Below are positions 1 through 8,851 of a stretch of 64,000 bases of DNA, piece after piece. The DNA lies in IMG/VR virus record IMGVR_UViG_3300021139_000002, positions 32,001 to 96,000 of that record. One strand, written 5' to 3'. The position numbers were made by a program, and so were the translations under genes. The first letter of the stretch is position 1; each line of letters begins with the position of its first letter. The notes under the pieces were generated by a model. That model was not told where the DNA came from. It worked only from the letters and a program-made list of their open reading frames with translations, and made no database searches. The DNA is from a virus.

Positions 1-2
1 TT

Positions 3-1022
3 TATGAGAATGGAGAAAAGGTATTTTACGGTACTGAAATGGATAGCGACGAATTATCTGTTCATGAAGATAAGTTAGGTCCAAAAATCAGTAGTGCTTT
101 GATAGATGAGCATAAAAAAGCAACAGCACATTTATATAATGATGAAGATGATTATGATGATGTTGACGAAGGCGGGTATGCACACGGTTTTGCAGATCCC
201 AATGCTCCTAGATTAGGACAGCGCCAAAGAGATTATGACAGAGGAGAAGATGAACCACAAGGTATGTTTGCTGTCGTTATCAACGGTCGTCCTTGGAAAG
301 AGTTTACCAGTAATAAAGCATTTCAAGTAGCAAAAACTATTGCTTCTAAAAATCCAGATAAGAAAGTACAAGTACGTTGGCCCAATGGTACTTTAAATGG
401 TATAAACGAAGATCATAGCACAGCAACACAGGGCTACGGACAAGGCGGATATGATACTTACGCAAACGGACGCCATGGTAGAGGAGTTGCAGAAAATCCA
501 GAATGGTATAATGATGAAGCTAACGGTATGACTACTGCTCAACTAAAGAGTCTGGTTAAACATGCCGCTAAGTTGCGTCGAGCAGTTAAAGCCATGCAAG
601 CACAGGGCGATACATTAGAACCTTGGCAACAAAGTAAAGTTACCAAAGCTGCTGATTATCTAGATGCAGTATTCAACGCTGTAGATGACAATCACGATAT
701 GGGAGAAAGTGCTCCTAAAGGTTGGGAAGGCACGGTTAAGGCTATGAAAAAGCATAAAGAAATCGATAATCCTTATGCGTTAACAAACTGGATGAAAAAT
801 AAAGGATATAAGAGTCACAAGAAAGAAGACGCTTATATGGAACAACTGGCTAAACAAGTAGCAGAAAAATTAAATCCTAGCGCACCAGTTGATGTGTGGG
901 TTCAAGATTTCCAAAAGGCTGATCCTAACAAGTATCACCAGTTTAAAAATAAAACTCCAGAAAAGAAAGCACGTATGGCCGCCGCGGCACATTATGCTGC
1001 CAATGAACCTAGTAAAAAATGA
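3..1022 (+). CDS. Modular putative virion-internal (head) protein, 5'-truncated by the window
   Basis: Frame is open from position 3, upstream of ATG 39. Short domains are separated by INE/VAE/MGE motifs resembling prohead-protease sites, with Lys-rich modules. Confidence 0.55.
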   Translation, partial: YENGEKVFYGTEMDSDELSVHEDKLGPKISSALIDEHKKATAHLYNDEDDYDDVDEGGYAHGFADPNAPRLGQRQRDYDRGEDEPQGMFAVVINGRPWKEFTSNKAFQVAKTIASKNPDKKVQVRWPNGTLNGINEDHSTATQGYGQGGYDTYANGRHGRGVAENPEWYNDEANGMTTAQLKSLVKHAAKLRRAVKAMQAQGDTLEPWQQSKVTKAADYLDAVFNAVDDNHDMGESAPKGWEGTVKAMKKHKEIDNPYALTNWMKNKGYKSHKKEDAYMEQLAKQVAEKLNPSAPVDVWVQDFQKADPNKYHQFKNKTPEKKARMAAAAHYAANEPSKK

Positions 1023-1756
1023 GACTCTACGAATTCGAGCAAAGTGATTATGTAATCAGAAATCGTGATAAACTAGATCACATTCTGCTCGAACTCTGCC
1101 ACCATGTAATTGAAGGACAACAACATGATCCAGTAAAATATGGAATGGTTGCGGCCTGTGTCTTAGACCCCGAAAACCGCAAAGTCTTTGGTGTAAACGA
1201 GGCGGCCAAAGATGGTACCAGACGCCACGCAGAAAGAGTTGCAATGGATCGTTATGTAGAACACTATGGCGATATTCCAGAAGGTAGTATCATACTAACT
1301 ACCTTAAGTCCGTGTAGTGACGATATGGATGAACGCTATGGTGAAAGTTGTCAAGATTTAATCAACAATAGTAATGTTCGAAAAGTATATTGCGGTTATA
1401 CAGATCCTACCCAACATGATACACACAAAGAATATACCTTAGAAGAAACTAGTAATGAAGGTATTATCAGCATGTGTAAAAAGTTTGCTGATACATTTTT
1501 GAAAGACTCAGTAAATGAAGCAGCCAATCCAGCACAGCAAGCCGCTATTGCTATCGCTAAGAAAGAAAAACAAGCACAAGAAAACTTTGCCGACGGTAAA
1601 CACCCTGGTCGCAAAGGCCTTGCCAAGCGTAGCGGAGTAAATACCAAAGCGTCAGTTAGCAGTTTGAGAAATACTGCTAAACATAGTTCAGGTGAAAAGG
1701 CACGCATGGCACATTGGTTGGCTAATATGAAAGCAGGAAGGGCTAAAAAGAAATGA
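1019..1756 (+). CDS. Zn-dependent cytidine/adenosine deaminase-fold protein with basic C-terminal module
   Basis: HAE motif (RRHAERVAM) and TLSPC...C zinc ligands. N-terminus MRLYEFE resembles a capsid-targeting sequence. Confidence 0.7.
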   Translation: MRLYEFEQSDYVIRNRDKLDHILLELCHHVIEGQQHDPVKYGMVAACVLDPENRKVFGVNEAAKDGTRRHAERVAMDRYVEHYGDIPEGSIILTTLSPCSDDMDERYGESCQDLINNSNVRKVYCGYTDPTQHDTHKEYTLEETSNEGIISMCKKFADTFLKDSVNEAANPAQQAAIAIAKKEKQAQENFADGKHPGRKGLAKRSGVNTKASVSSLRNTAKHSSGEKARMAHWLANMKAGRAKKK

Positions 1757-2196
1757 GAGCACAAGAATTTATTATCGAAGGAATGTTGCAAGAAGCATTA
1801 GATAAACAATTCGACATAATCGAATCTATGATAGAATATTGGGCCAAACATCATGGTGTAGATAGCGAAGTAATTTGGGAAGACCTTGAAGAAGTTGACG
1901 ATGAAGATCTACTGAGTGAAGCTGAAGCCTGGCAAAAGAAATCTGGTAAAAACAAAAACGGTGGCTTGAACAAAAAAGGTGTAGCAAGTTATCGTCGTAG
2001 CCATCCTGGTAGCCATTTACAAACTGCTGTAACTACCAAACCTAGCAAACTTAAAAAAGGTAGCAAGGCTTCTAAGCGCCGTAAATCATTCTGCGCTCGT
2101 ATGAAAGGCATGAAGAAACATCGTGCAGGCGCCAAAACCAAAAGAGATCCAAATAGTCGCATAAACAAAAGTCTCCGTAAATGGAATTGTGAGTAA
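1753..2196 (+). CDS. Conserved T4-like phage basic protein (DUF6321-like C-terminal domain)
   Basis: GKNKNGGLNKKGVASYRR...RRKSFCARMKG...SLRKWNC; N-terminus MRAQEFIIE. Confidence 0.6.
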   Translation: MRAQEFIIEGMLQEALDKQFDIIESMIEYWAKHHGVDSEVIWEDLEEVDDEDLLSEAEAWQKKSGKNKNGGLNKKGVASYRRSHPGSHLQTAVTTKPSKLKKGSKASKRRKSFCARMKGMKKHRAGAKTKRDPNSRINKSLRKWNCE

Positions 2197-2203
2197 AAAG
2201 TAT

Positions 2204-2232
2204 TTGACCTTCTCTGTCTAAAACTATATACT
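2204..2232 (+). promoter_or_regulatory. Sigma70-type promoter
   Basis: TTGACC-17 nt-TATACT upstream of 2253. Confidence 0.7.
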
Positions 2233-2252
2233 ATAGGATACAGGAGATTATT

Positions 2253-2525
2253 ATGGGCAAAGCATTTGGCGCACCAGAACAAGCAAAAATCAAACAAATC
2301 GTTGCAGAAGGCATGACCGTTATGCAAGAGATTCAAGACCTTACTGAGGGATTGAACGAAACAATTAAAGCAGTTGCAGAAGAACTAGAGGTCAAGCCCA
2401 GTGTAATTAAAAAAGCAATCAAAGTTTCAATGAAAGATCAGTGGGATCAAGTTTGGAGAGAATTTGACGATCTCGAAACTATTGTTGATATCAGCGGACA
2501 TTCACATCGTCGTACTGAAGAATAA
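2253..2525 (+). CDS. dsDNA-binding protein, T4 DsbA-like
   Basis: 90 aa helical protein with a pattern similar to T4 DsbA/DUF2312; strong SD (AGGAG). Confidence 0.5.
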   Translation: MGKAFGAPEQAKIKQIVAEGMTVMQEIQDLTEGLNETIKAVAEELEVKPSVIKKAIKVSMKDQWDQVWREFDDLETIVDISGHSHRRTEE

Positions 2526-2824
2526 TGGATCAGATTACCAACACGTTTGTAAATATCTACAACTGGGCAAAGGGCGACTTTAAAGAGTGGCCCGTTCGCT
2601 TCGTTTTAGAAATTACAGCATGGTTTATGAGTTTAGGCTGTTCGCTAACCCTAGCAGCCGGTGCAAGTGATCCATTGTTTGTTTATCTCTATCCAATCTT
2701 TATTACACAATGTGCTATATTTGGATGGGCGGCTTGGACTCGAAAGAGTACCGGCATGGTCGCAAACTATGCACTATTAGTCACAATTGATTTAATAGGG
2801 TACATTAGACTAATAAATATGTAA
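2525..2824 (+). CDS. Small membrane protein
   Basis: 99 aa with about three hydrophobic segments; translationally coupled to the upstream gene. Confidence 0.6.
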   Translation: MDQITNTFVNIYNWAKGDFKEWPVRFVLEITAWFMSLGCSLTLAAGASDPLFVYLYPIFITQCAIFGWAAWTRKSTGMVANYALLVTIDLIGYIRLINM

Positions 2825-2833
2825 CAGAAAGGT

Positions 2834-2884
2834 ATGATCAGCCACAAATGATCATTAGGGTATTTTGCAAGCCGAAAATTGCAA
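2834..2884 (+). promoter_or_regulatory. Tandem RNA hairpins in the polymerase leader (putative translational operator)
   Basis: ATGATCA-GCCACAAA-TGATCAT and TTGCAA-GCCGAAAA-TTGCAA, directly 5' of the GGAGA SD. Confidence 0.6.
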
Positions 2885-2897
2885 TGGAGAAAAATTA

Positions 2898-5567
2898 ATG
2901 AGTTATGTAGATGCACGATGGGATCGTGACAAAGATATTGTCACCGTTGTTGAAAGAGATCCCAAAAAGGGCAGAGTCTATCAAGATTATCCTGCCAGAT
3001 ATTTGTTTTATTATCCCGATCCTAAGGGGAAACATAAATCAATTTACGGTGAAAGTCTTAGCCGAGTCAGCGCTAAGAGTCACAAAGAATTTATCAAAGA
3101 ACAAAAAATTCACAGCGGTTATAAATTATACGAAAGTGATATTAACCCTGTATTCCGTTGCCTAGAAGAAAACTATCTAGGTAAAGAACCTCCAAAACTA
3201 AATGTGGCGTTTTGGGATATTGAGGTGGACTTTGATCCAGAACGTGGTTATGCATCACCAGACGATGCATTTATGCCAATTACTGCGATTGCTGTTCACC
3301 TACAATGGTTAGACACACTCGTTTGTCTTGCTATACCTCCAAAGACATTGACCGTAGATCAAGCTAAAGAACAGGTTAAAGATTTTCCTAACACATTTAT
3401 ATTTGATACAGAATATGAAATGTTAGACACATTTTTAAACTTGATTGAAGATGCAGATATATTAAGTGGTTGGAACTCAGAGGGCTTCGATATGCCCTAC
3501 ACGGTAAATAGAGTTATCAAAGTCTTAAGCAAAGAAGATACCAGAAGATTTTGTTTATGGGATGCAATGCCCAAGAAGCGGGAGTATGAAAAGTATGGAA
3601 AAGCGGCTGTTACTTATGACCTGGTTGGTCGCGTTCATTTGGACAGCCTCGAATTGTACCGCAAATACACATATGAAGAGCGTCACACCTACCGATTGGA
3701 TGCCATTGGAGAAATGGAGATAGGTGAATCTAAAACCGTATACGAAGGTACATTAGATCAACTTTATAACAATGACTTTAAGAAGTTTATCGAATATAAC
3801 AGACAAGATTGTGCGTTATTAAACAAACTAGATAAAAAATTAAAATTCATTGACCTTGCTAATACAATTGCACACGAAAACACCGTATTGTTGCAAACAA
3901 CAATGGGTGCCGTTGCTGTTACAGAACAGGCTATTGTAAACGAAGCTCATCACAGAGGTTTGATTGTGCCAAGTCGTCCAAGACGTGATGACACAGCAAA
4001 TAGTCAGGCAGCAGGTGCTTATGTTGCATATCCTAAAAAAGGATTGCATGACTACATAGGCTCAATGGACATTAACTCTTTGTATCCATCTGTCATTCGT
4101 GCATTGAATATGGGTCCGGAAACTATTGTCGGACAACTACGTCAAGAATATACTAAAGACGAAATTGATGGCAAAATTGCCAAAGGTAATTCATTTGCGG
4201 CATCTTGGGAAGGTAAGTTTGGCGCCAACGAATATGAAATGGTCATGAATAAAGATCGTGTCAACGATATTACTATCGACTGGGAGAACGGATCAGTTGA
4301 TGTAATGAGCGGTGCTCAAATATATGAATTGATTTTTGAAAGTAATAAACCGTGGATGCTTAGTGCTAACGGTACAATCTTTACACACGAGCACGAAGGT
4401 ATTATCCCTGGATTGCTCAAACGTTGGTATGCTGAACGCAAGGACATGCAGGCTAAACTAAAAGAAGCAATTAAAGCGGAGAATAAAATTGAAGAAGAAT
4501 ACTGGGACAAACGTCAGTTGGTTAAGAAAATTAACCTTAATAGCCTTTACGGTGCTATCCTTAATGTTGGGTGTCGTTTCTTTGATGATCGTATTGGTCA
4601 ATCAACCACCCTTACAGGGCGTGGAATTGCCCGACATATGGCCGCTAAAATCAATGAAGTTATTACAGGCGAATACAATCACGTCGGTAAGTCAATCATC
4701 TACGGAGACACCGACTCGGCTTATTTCAGTGCCTATTCATCCTTAAAGAATGAAATTGCCAAAGGCGAAATTGCATGGAACAAAGATACTGCTGTTCAGC
4801 TGTATGATACTATTGCCGCAGAAGTCAATAGTACATTCCCTCAGTATATGTTAGATGCACATCATTGTCCAAAGTCACGCGGTGAAGTTATTAAAGCCGG
4901 TCGTGAAATCGTTGCTATCAAAGGCCTGTTCATTACCAAGAAGCGTTATGCTGTGTTGTATTACGATAAAGAAGGTAAACGTGCAGACGTAGATGGTAAG
5001 CCAGGTAAAATTAAAGCCATGGGGTTAGATCTCAAGCGTAGTGATACTCCAGAATTTATGCAAAAGTTCTTAGAAGAAATTTTAACTGATGTACTTAACG
5101 GTGCTCAGGAAAAAGAAACATTAGAACGCATCAGCGAATTCCGTACAGAATTCAAAGCCCGCCCAGGTTGGGAGAAAGGAAGTCCGAAACGTGCAAACAA
5201 CATTACAGAATACGAAGCAAAAGAGAAGAAGGCTGGCAAGGCTAATATGCCTGGTCATGTTAGAGCAAGTATTAATTGGAATACGCTCAAAAGAATGAAC
5301 GGTGACAAGTACAGCCAACAGATTGTTGATGGTATGAAAGTTATTGTGTGTAAGTTGAAAGCTAATCCATTAGGTTATACATCAGTAGCTTATCCAGTAG
5401 ACGAGTTGCGTTTACCCAAATGGTTCCAAGAATTACCATTTGATCATGCAGAAATGGAAACTACCATTATCAACAATAAGATTGAAAATCTTATAGGTGT
5501 ACTAGAATGGGATCTAAATAGTACCACCGAAACAAACACGTTTGGAAGTCTATTCAGTTTTGAATAA
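2898..5567 (+). CDS. Family B DNA polymerase (T4 gp43-like)
   Basis: Exonuclease DIEVD motif and polymerase motifs DINSLYPS, KINLNSLYG, YGDTDS, KKRYA. Start placed at ATG 2898 after GGAGA. Confidence 0.97.
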   Translation: MSYVDARWDRDKDIVTVVERDPKKGRVYQDYPARYLFYYPDPKGKHKSIYGESLSRVSAKSHKEFIKEQKIHSGYKLYESDINPVFRCLEENYLGKEPPKLNVAFWDIEVDFDPERGYASPDDAFMPITAIAVHLQWLDTLVCLAIPPKTLTVDQAKEQVKDFPNTFIFDTEYEMLDTFLNLIEDADILSGWNSEGFDMPYTVNRVIKVLSKEDTRRFCLWDAMPKKREYEKYGKAAVTYDLVGRVHLDSLELYRKYTYEERHTYRLDAIGEMEIGESKTVYEGTLDQLYNNDFKKFIEYNRQDCALLNKLDKKLKFIDLANTIAHENTVLLQTTMGAVAVTEQAIVNEAHHRGLIVPSRPRRDDTANSQAAGAYVAYPKKGLHDYIGSMDINSLYPSVIRALNMGPETIVGQLRQEYTKDEIDGKIAKGNSFAASWEGKFGANEYEMVMNKDRVNDITIDWENGSVDVMSGAQIYELIFESNKPWMLSANGTIFTHEHEGIIPGLLKRWYAERKDMQAKLKEAIKAENKIEEEYWDKRQLVKKINLNSLYGAILNVGCRFFDDRIGQSTTLTGRGIARHMAAKINEVITGEYNHVGKSIIYGDTDSAYFSAYSSLKNEIAKGEIAWNKDTAVQLYDTIAAEVNSTFPQYMLDAHHCPKSRGEVIKAGREIVAIKGLFITKKRYAVLYYDKEGKRADVDGKPGKIKAMGLDLKRSDTPEFMQKFLEEILTDVLNGAQEKETLERISEFRTEFKARPGWEKGSPKRANNITEYEAKEKKAGKANMPGHVRASINWNTLKRMNGDKYSQQIVDGMKVIVCKLKANPLGYTSVAYPVDELRLPKWFQELPFDHAEMETTIINNKIENLIGVLEWDLNSTTETNTFGSLFSFE

Positions 5568-5575
5568 AAAATATA

Positions 5576-5604
5576 TTGACTTTACAAGCAGATCTAAATA
5601 AACT
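5576..5604 (+). promoter_or_regulatory. Sigma70-type promoter overlapping a TAAATA late-type motif
   Basis: TTGACT-17 nt-TAAACT. Confidence 0.55.
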
Positions 5605-5624
5605 TATACAAAGGAATTATAATT

Positions 5625-6359
5625 ATGAAATCTATCCTCCAAGACATCGTTGCTCACACAAACAAATTAGGCTTTCTTAATATTGTTAAAGTAACAGGTA
5701 CTGAAGACAAAACATTAATCGACTCAATGGCAGATGACCGTAGTGTTATTATGTATGCCGAAACTGCAAATCCATACTTAGAGATGGTCGGTACATTTGG
5801 CATGCCGCAACTTGAAAAACTTCGCTATCTAGTAGATGGTAAGGAATATCAAGACGGTGCAACCATCGAAGTAGTCACTGCCGACCGCAACGGAGAAACT
5901 ATTCCAATTGGTCTTCACTTTGAAAATAAAGATGGCGACTTCAAGAACGATTATCGTTTTATGAATCAGGCTATCATCGAAGAAAAACTAAAAACCGTTA
6001 AATTCCGTGGAGTTAACTGGCACGTTGAAGTTACTCCAACCGTTAGTGCTATCCAGCGTTTCCAATTCCAAGCAGGTGCTAACACAGAACATACAACATT
6101 CTTAGCTAAGACAGATGGTGATAAATTAGTATTCACATTCGGTGATGCTAGCAGTCACGGTGGTGAATTTACTTTTGCAACAGGTGTTACTGGAAAGATT
6201 ACTAAAGCATGGACATGGCCAGTTAACAATGTTTTAAACATCTTAAAAATTGCCGATGGTAACAATACCAAGATGAGTTTTAGTAACGATGGTGCTATGC
6301 AAATTGAATTAGATAGCGGCATTGCAACTTACAAATATATTATCCCAGCAAACGCATGA
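5625..6359 (+). CDS. Sliding clamp (gp45/PCNA-like)
   Basis: 244 aa with an alternating beta/alpha two-domain pattern, C-terminal YKYIIPA, located next to the polymerase. Confidence 0.65.
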   Translation: MKSILQDIVAHTNKLGFLNIVKVTGTEDKTLIDSMADDRSVIMYAETANPYLEMVGTFGMPQLEKLRYLVDGKEYQDGATIEVVTADRNGETIPIGLHFENKDGDFKNDYRFMNQAIIEEKLKTVKFRGVNWHVEVTPTVSAIQRFQFQAGANTEHTTFLAKTDGDKLVFTFGDASSHGGEFTFATGVTGKITKAWTWPVNNVLNILKIADGNNTKMSFSNDGAMQIELDSGIATYKYIIPANA

Positions 6360-6604
6360 TAAAAGGTCTAACTCCTTGGAATAAAGGCAAGACAGGTGTT
6401 CAAAAAGGTTCCAGATTGGGGGTAGAAGTAAGTGCCGAAACCCGTGCTAAAATGAGTGCCGCACAAAAAGGAAAGGTAATGTCAGACTTGCAAAAAGAAA
6501 AAATAAGTGCTACACTTAAAGGTAGAAAGATGTCAGAAGAAACTAAAAGAAAAATGTCAGAGGCAAGAAAAAAATTATGGGAACAAAAACGCAATGAAAA
6601 ATAG
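6356..6604 (+). CDS. Stand-alone NUMOD3 DNA-binding-repeat protein
   Basis: PWNKGK followed by repeats SAETRAKMS, SDLQKEKIS and SEETKRKMS; no nuclease domain. Confidence 0.7.
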   Translation: MIKGLTPWNKGKTGVQKGSRLGVEVSAETRAKMSAAQKGKVMSDLQKEKISATLKGRKMSEETKRKMSEARKKLWEQKRNEK

Positions 6605-8228
6605 ACCACCAGTAGATTTAAGTGCATTAAACAAGGATTACGCCTGCTATTTGCCAGCCATTAGTTCTTTTTATAGTACCTACGTTGCTAAACAACGTCT
6701 AGAAGAGTTTGTACCCAACGATCGTATTCCTAAAGGATTTGATCGTGGTATCGAGGGTATGAACTTTTTAAATCCTGAACAAGGATATTTTACTTATAAG
6801 TATGCCTTATATTCTGCAGGTCATGCACAATTAGATATTGTCAAGGCACAGACGCAAGAATCAATGATACAACAACGTGATCGCAATGGTACATTGATAC
6901 TAGGAGACTCCGGCGGATACCAAATTGGCAAGGGTGTTTTAAAGTTTGATTGGTTAGATTTCGAAGGAGCAAAGGCAAACGCTACTCGCCAACAAATCTT
7001 AGAGTGGTTAGAAGCAACTGCTGATTGGTCAATGATGCTTGACGTTCCTACTTGGGCATGTGACCATATACATAGTCCTAAAACTGGTTTAAAAACTTTT
7101 GAAGATTGTTTAGAGAAGACACGTTTTAATAACAAATACTTCTTAGATAATCGATTAGGTGCTACTAAATGGCTGAACGTTTTACAAGGATCAGATTGGG
7201 ATACTGCCGAACAATGGTATCAAGGTGTTAAAGAGTTTAGTGACCCTAACGGTCCGTATGCTGGTAAAGAAGCCGAAGGTTGGGCCTTTGGTGGAGCTAA
7301 CATGTGTAAAATGGATATTACTCTTAAGCGTTTAATGACGTTAAGAGAAGATGGTTTGCTGAAGGGCAAAAACTGGATCCACTTCTTGGGTACAGCACAA
7401 CTTGACTGGAGTTGTTACTTAACTTTAATTCAAAGACAAATCAGGAAACATATTAATGAAGAAATTACCATCTCTTTTGATTGCGCCTCACCGTTCATTG
7501 CAACAGCGCACGGACTTGTCTACACCAACGCTCAACACTCTCCCAAAAGGTGGAGTGTTATTATGGACAAAGCCCCAGATAACAAAGCACTTGCCGGATC
7601 CGACATTCCGTTTCCCTTTGAAAGCGAAATCGGCAGCAGGTTAACAATGGGCGATATTGCTTACTATGACTTAGGTCAACGTAAGACAGATGCAGAATTA
7701 AATGGTGTTAAGTTTGATCATTTAAACCCAGATCATTATCATATTGTTCCTAAACTTAACAAGTTAGGTAAGATTCCAAACAGAACAAGTTGGGATAGTT
7801 TTGCGTATGCACTAATGATGGGGCACAATGTCGAATGTCATATTAAAGGTGTTCAAAGAGCACAACATTTAATGGATATTGAAATTGCTAAGACTAAAGA
7901 TAAACTTACTTGGAGACATTGGAAGAAAGTTAAAAATCAAGATATGAGCGACGAGTACAGCGATTGGGTTCCTCGCAACATCTTGTATTTTAGCAGTTTC
8001 ATCGAAGACTTGTTTAATACAGCAACAAAAGACGAAGCCTTTGCATTAATCGATCAAGCAGGTCCATTCTTGCGTAGCTTAGAAGGTGCTCGACTACAAG
8101 GCGGTCCTGCACAAAATACATTTGGCAATTTGTTTGAAATCGAAACGGTAACAGACCAAGACGAAATTGATCTTGCTAATCCAGACGACGACGAACTAAG
8201 AGCACTTGAAGAAGGTATTGGAGAATAA
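6594..8228 (+). CDS. dpdA: DNA 7-deazaguanine transglycosylase (TGT family, DpdA2-like)
   Basis: TGT motifs GDSGGYQ, MMLDVP, NVLQG, IHFLG and SFDCASP; co-located with queE. Start placed at ATG 6594. Confidence 0.8.
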   Translation: MKNRPPVDLSALNKDYACYLPAISSFYSTYVAKQRLEEFVPNDRIPKGFDRGIEGMNFLNPEQGYFTYKYALYSAGHAQLDIVKAQTQESMIQQRDRNGTLILGDSGGYQIGKGVLKFDWLDFEGAKANATRQQILEWLEATADWSMMLDVPTWACDHIHSPKTGLKTFEDCLEKTRFNNKYFLDNRLGATKWLNVLQGSDWDTAEQWYQGVKEFSDPNGPYAGKEAEGWAFGGANMCKMDITLKRLMTLREDGLLKGKNWIHFLGTAQLDWSCYLTLIQRQIRKHINEEITISFDCASPFIATAHGLVYTNAQHSPKRWSVIMDKAPDNKALAGSDIPFPFESEIGSRLTMGDIAYYDLGQRKTDAELNGVKFDHLNPDHYHIVPKLNKLGKIPNRTSWDSFAYALMMGHNVECHIKGVQRAQHLMDIEIAKTKDKLTWRHWKKVKNQDMSDEYSDWVPRNILYFSSFIEDLFNTATKDEAFALIDQAGPFLRSLEGARLQGGPAQNTFGNLFEIETVTDQDEIDLANPDDDELRALEEGIGE

Positions 8229-8229
8229 T

Positions 8230-8430
8230 ATGGCAACACGTAAAAAGAAGGCAGTATCACCAAATGTAGATAGTGGCGGTTGGCCTAAAATACAACAAGG
8301 TACACACCTTACCGTAAAAACATTCGAAGATGGGCATACTGAATTAATTTGGGATGATGAAGCATTGCTCAAGGAAGTAAGAGATGCTATACTAAACTAT
8401 GAATTAGGTGATTTTCAACCTCCCTGTTAA
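8230..8430 (+). CDS. Hypothetical protein
   Basis: ORF with SD GGAG; start at 8230. Confidence 0.6.
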   Translation: MATRKKKAVSPNVDSGGWPKIQQGTHLTVKTFEDGHTELIWDDEALLKEVRDAILNYELGDFQPPC

Positions 8431-8447
8431 ACTAAAGGAAAAACAAA

Positions 8448-8642
8448 ATGAGTGCAATTTCAAACAAACTAGTTAAAGCAAATGAGAGCTTTACCATCAA
8501 CCGTTATGACAACGGCTTTATGATTGAAGTAGGCGGGCGTGACGACAATGACGATTGGAAAAGCGCCAAAGTTATTGTCGGATCAGAAGACGAACTAATC
8601 GACGCTATTAAAGAAGCGTTGGCATTACCTTTAGCAGAGTAA
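8448..8642 (+). CDS. Hypothetical protein
   Basis: 64 aa ORF with SD AAGGA. Confidence 0.65.
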   Translation: MSAISNKLVKANESFTINRYDNGFMIEVGGRDDNDDWKSAKVIVGSEDELIDAIKEALALPLAE

Positions 8643-8851
8643 TGTCTGATCTCATTTATCTCGTCTTAGGTTTTATATTTGGCGTTATCTTTATGCTTAA
8701 TAATAAAGAATATCGTCAAATGAAAACCTACGAACAATTAGATGAAGAAATGCGTAAAGAATTAGATACAAATAAGAACCTTGTTAAAAGTCTTAAAGAC
8801 GACTTGCATTGGGCAAAACAAAAAATCCAACACCTTAAGGAGAAACAATAA
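8642..8851 (+). CDS. Small membrane-anchored coiled-coil protein
   Basis: N-terminal transmembrane segment followed by a heptad-rich tail. Confidence 0.6.
   Translation: MSDLIYLVLGFIFGVIFMLNNKEYRQMKTYEQLDEEMRKELDTNKNLVKSLKDDLHWAKQKIQHLKEKQ

Noticed and set aside
1056-2336. Short - strand ORFs (1056, 1396, 1989) and similar nested ORFs elsewhere
   Set aside because: They overlap well-supported genes on the opposite strand or in another frame and have no motifs.
2865-2897. Upstream TTG start of the polymerase, and similar extended starts at 6507, 10546, 13273, 48652 and 59873
   Set aside because: These overlap promoters, hairpins or upstream genes; downstream ATGs with SD or translational coupling are more plausible.
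2898-5567. Intein or intron in the DNA polymerase
   Set aside because: Length is normal for gp43, the motifs are contiguous, and no intein splice motifs or LAGLIDADG were seen.
6594-8228. tRNA-modifying Tgt (queuosine) as the function
   Set aside because: Long divergent sequence lacking the bacterial Tgt CxCxxC zinc motif and located beside replication genes, so DNA-acting DpdA fits better. The tRNA function is not formally excluded.
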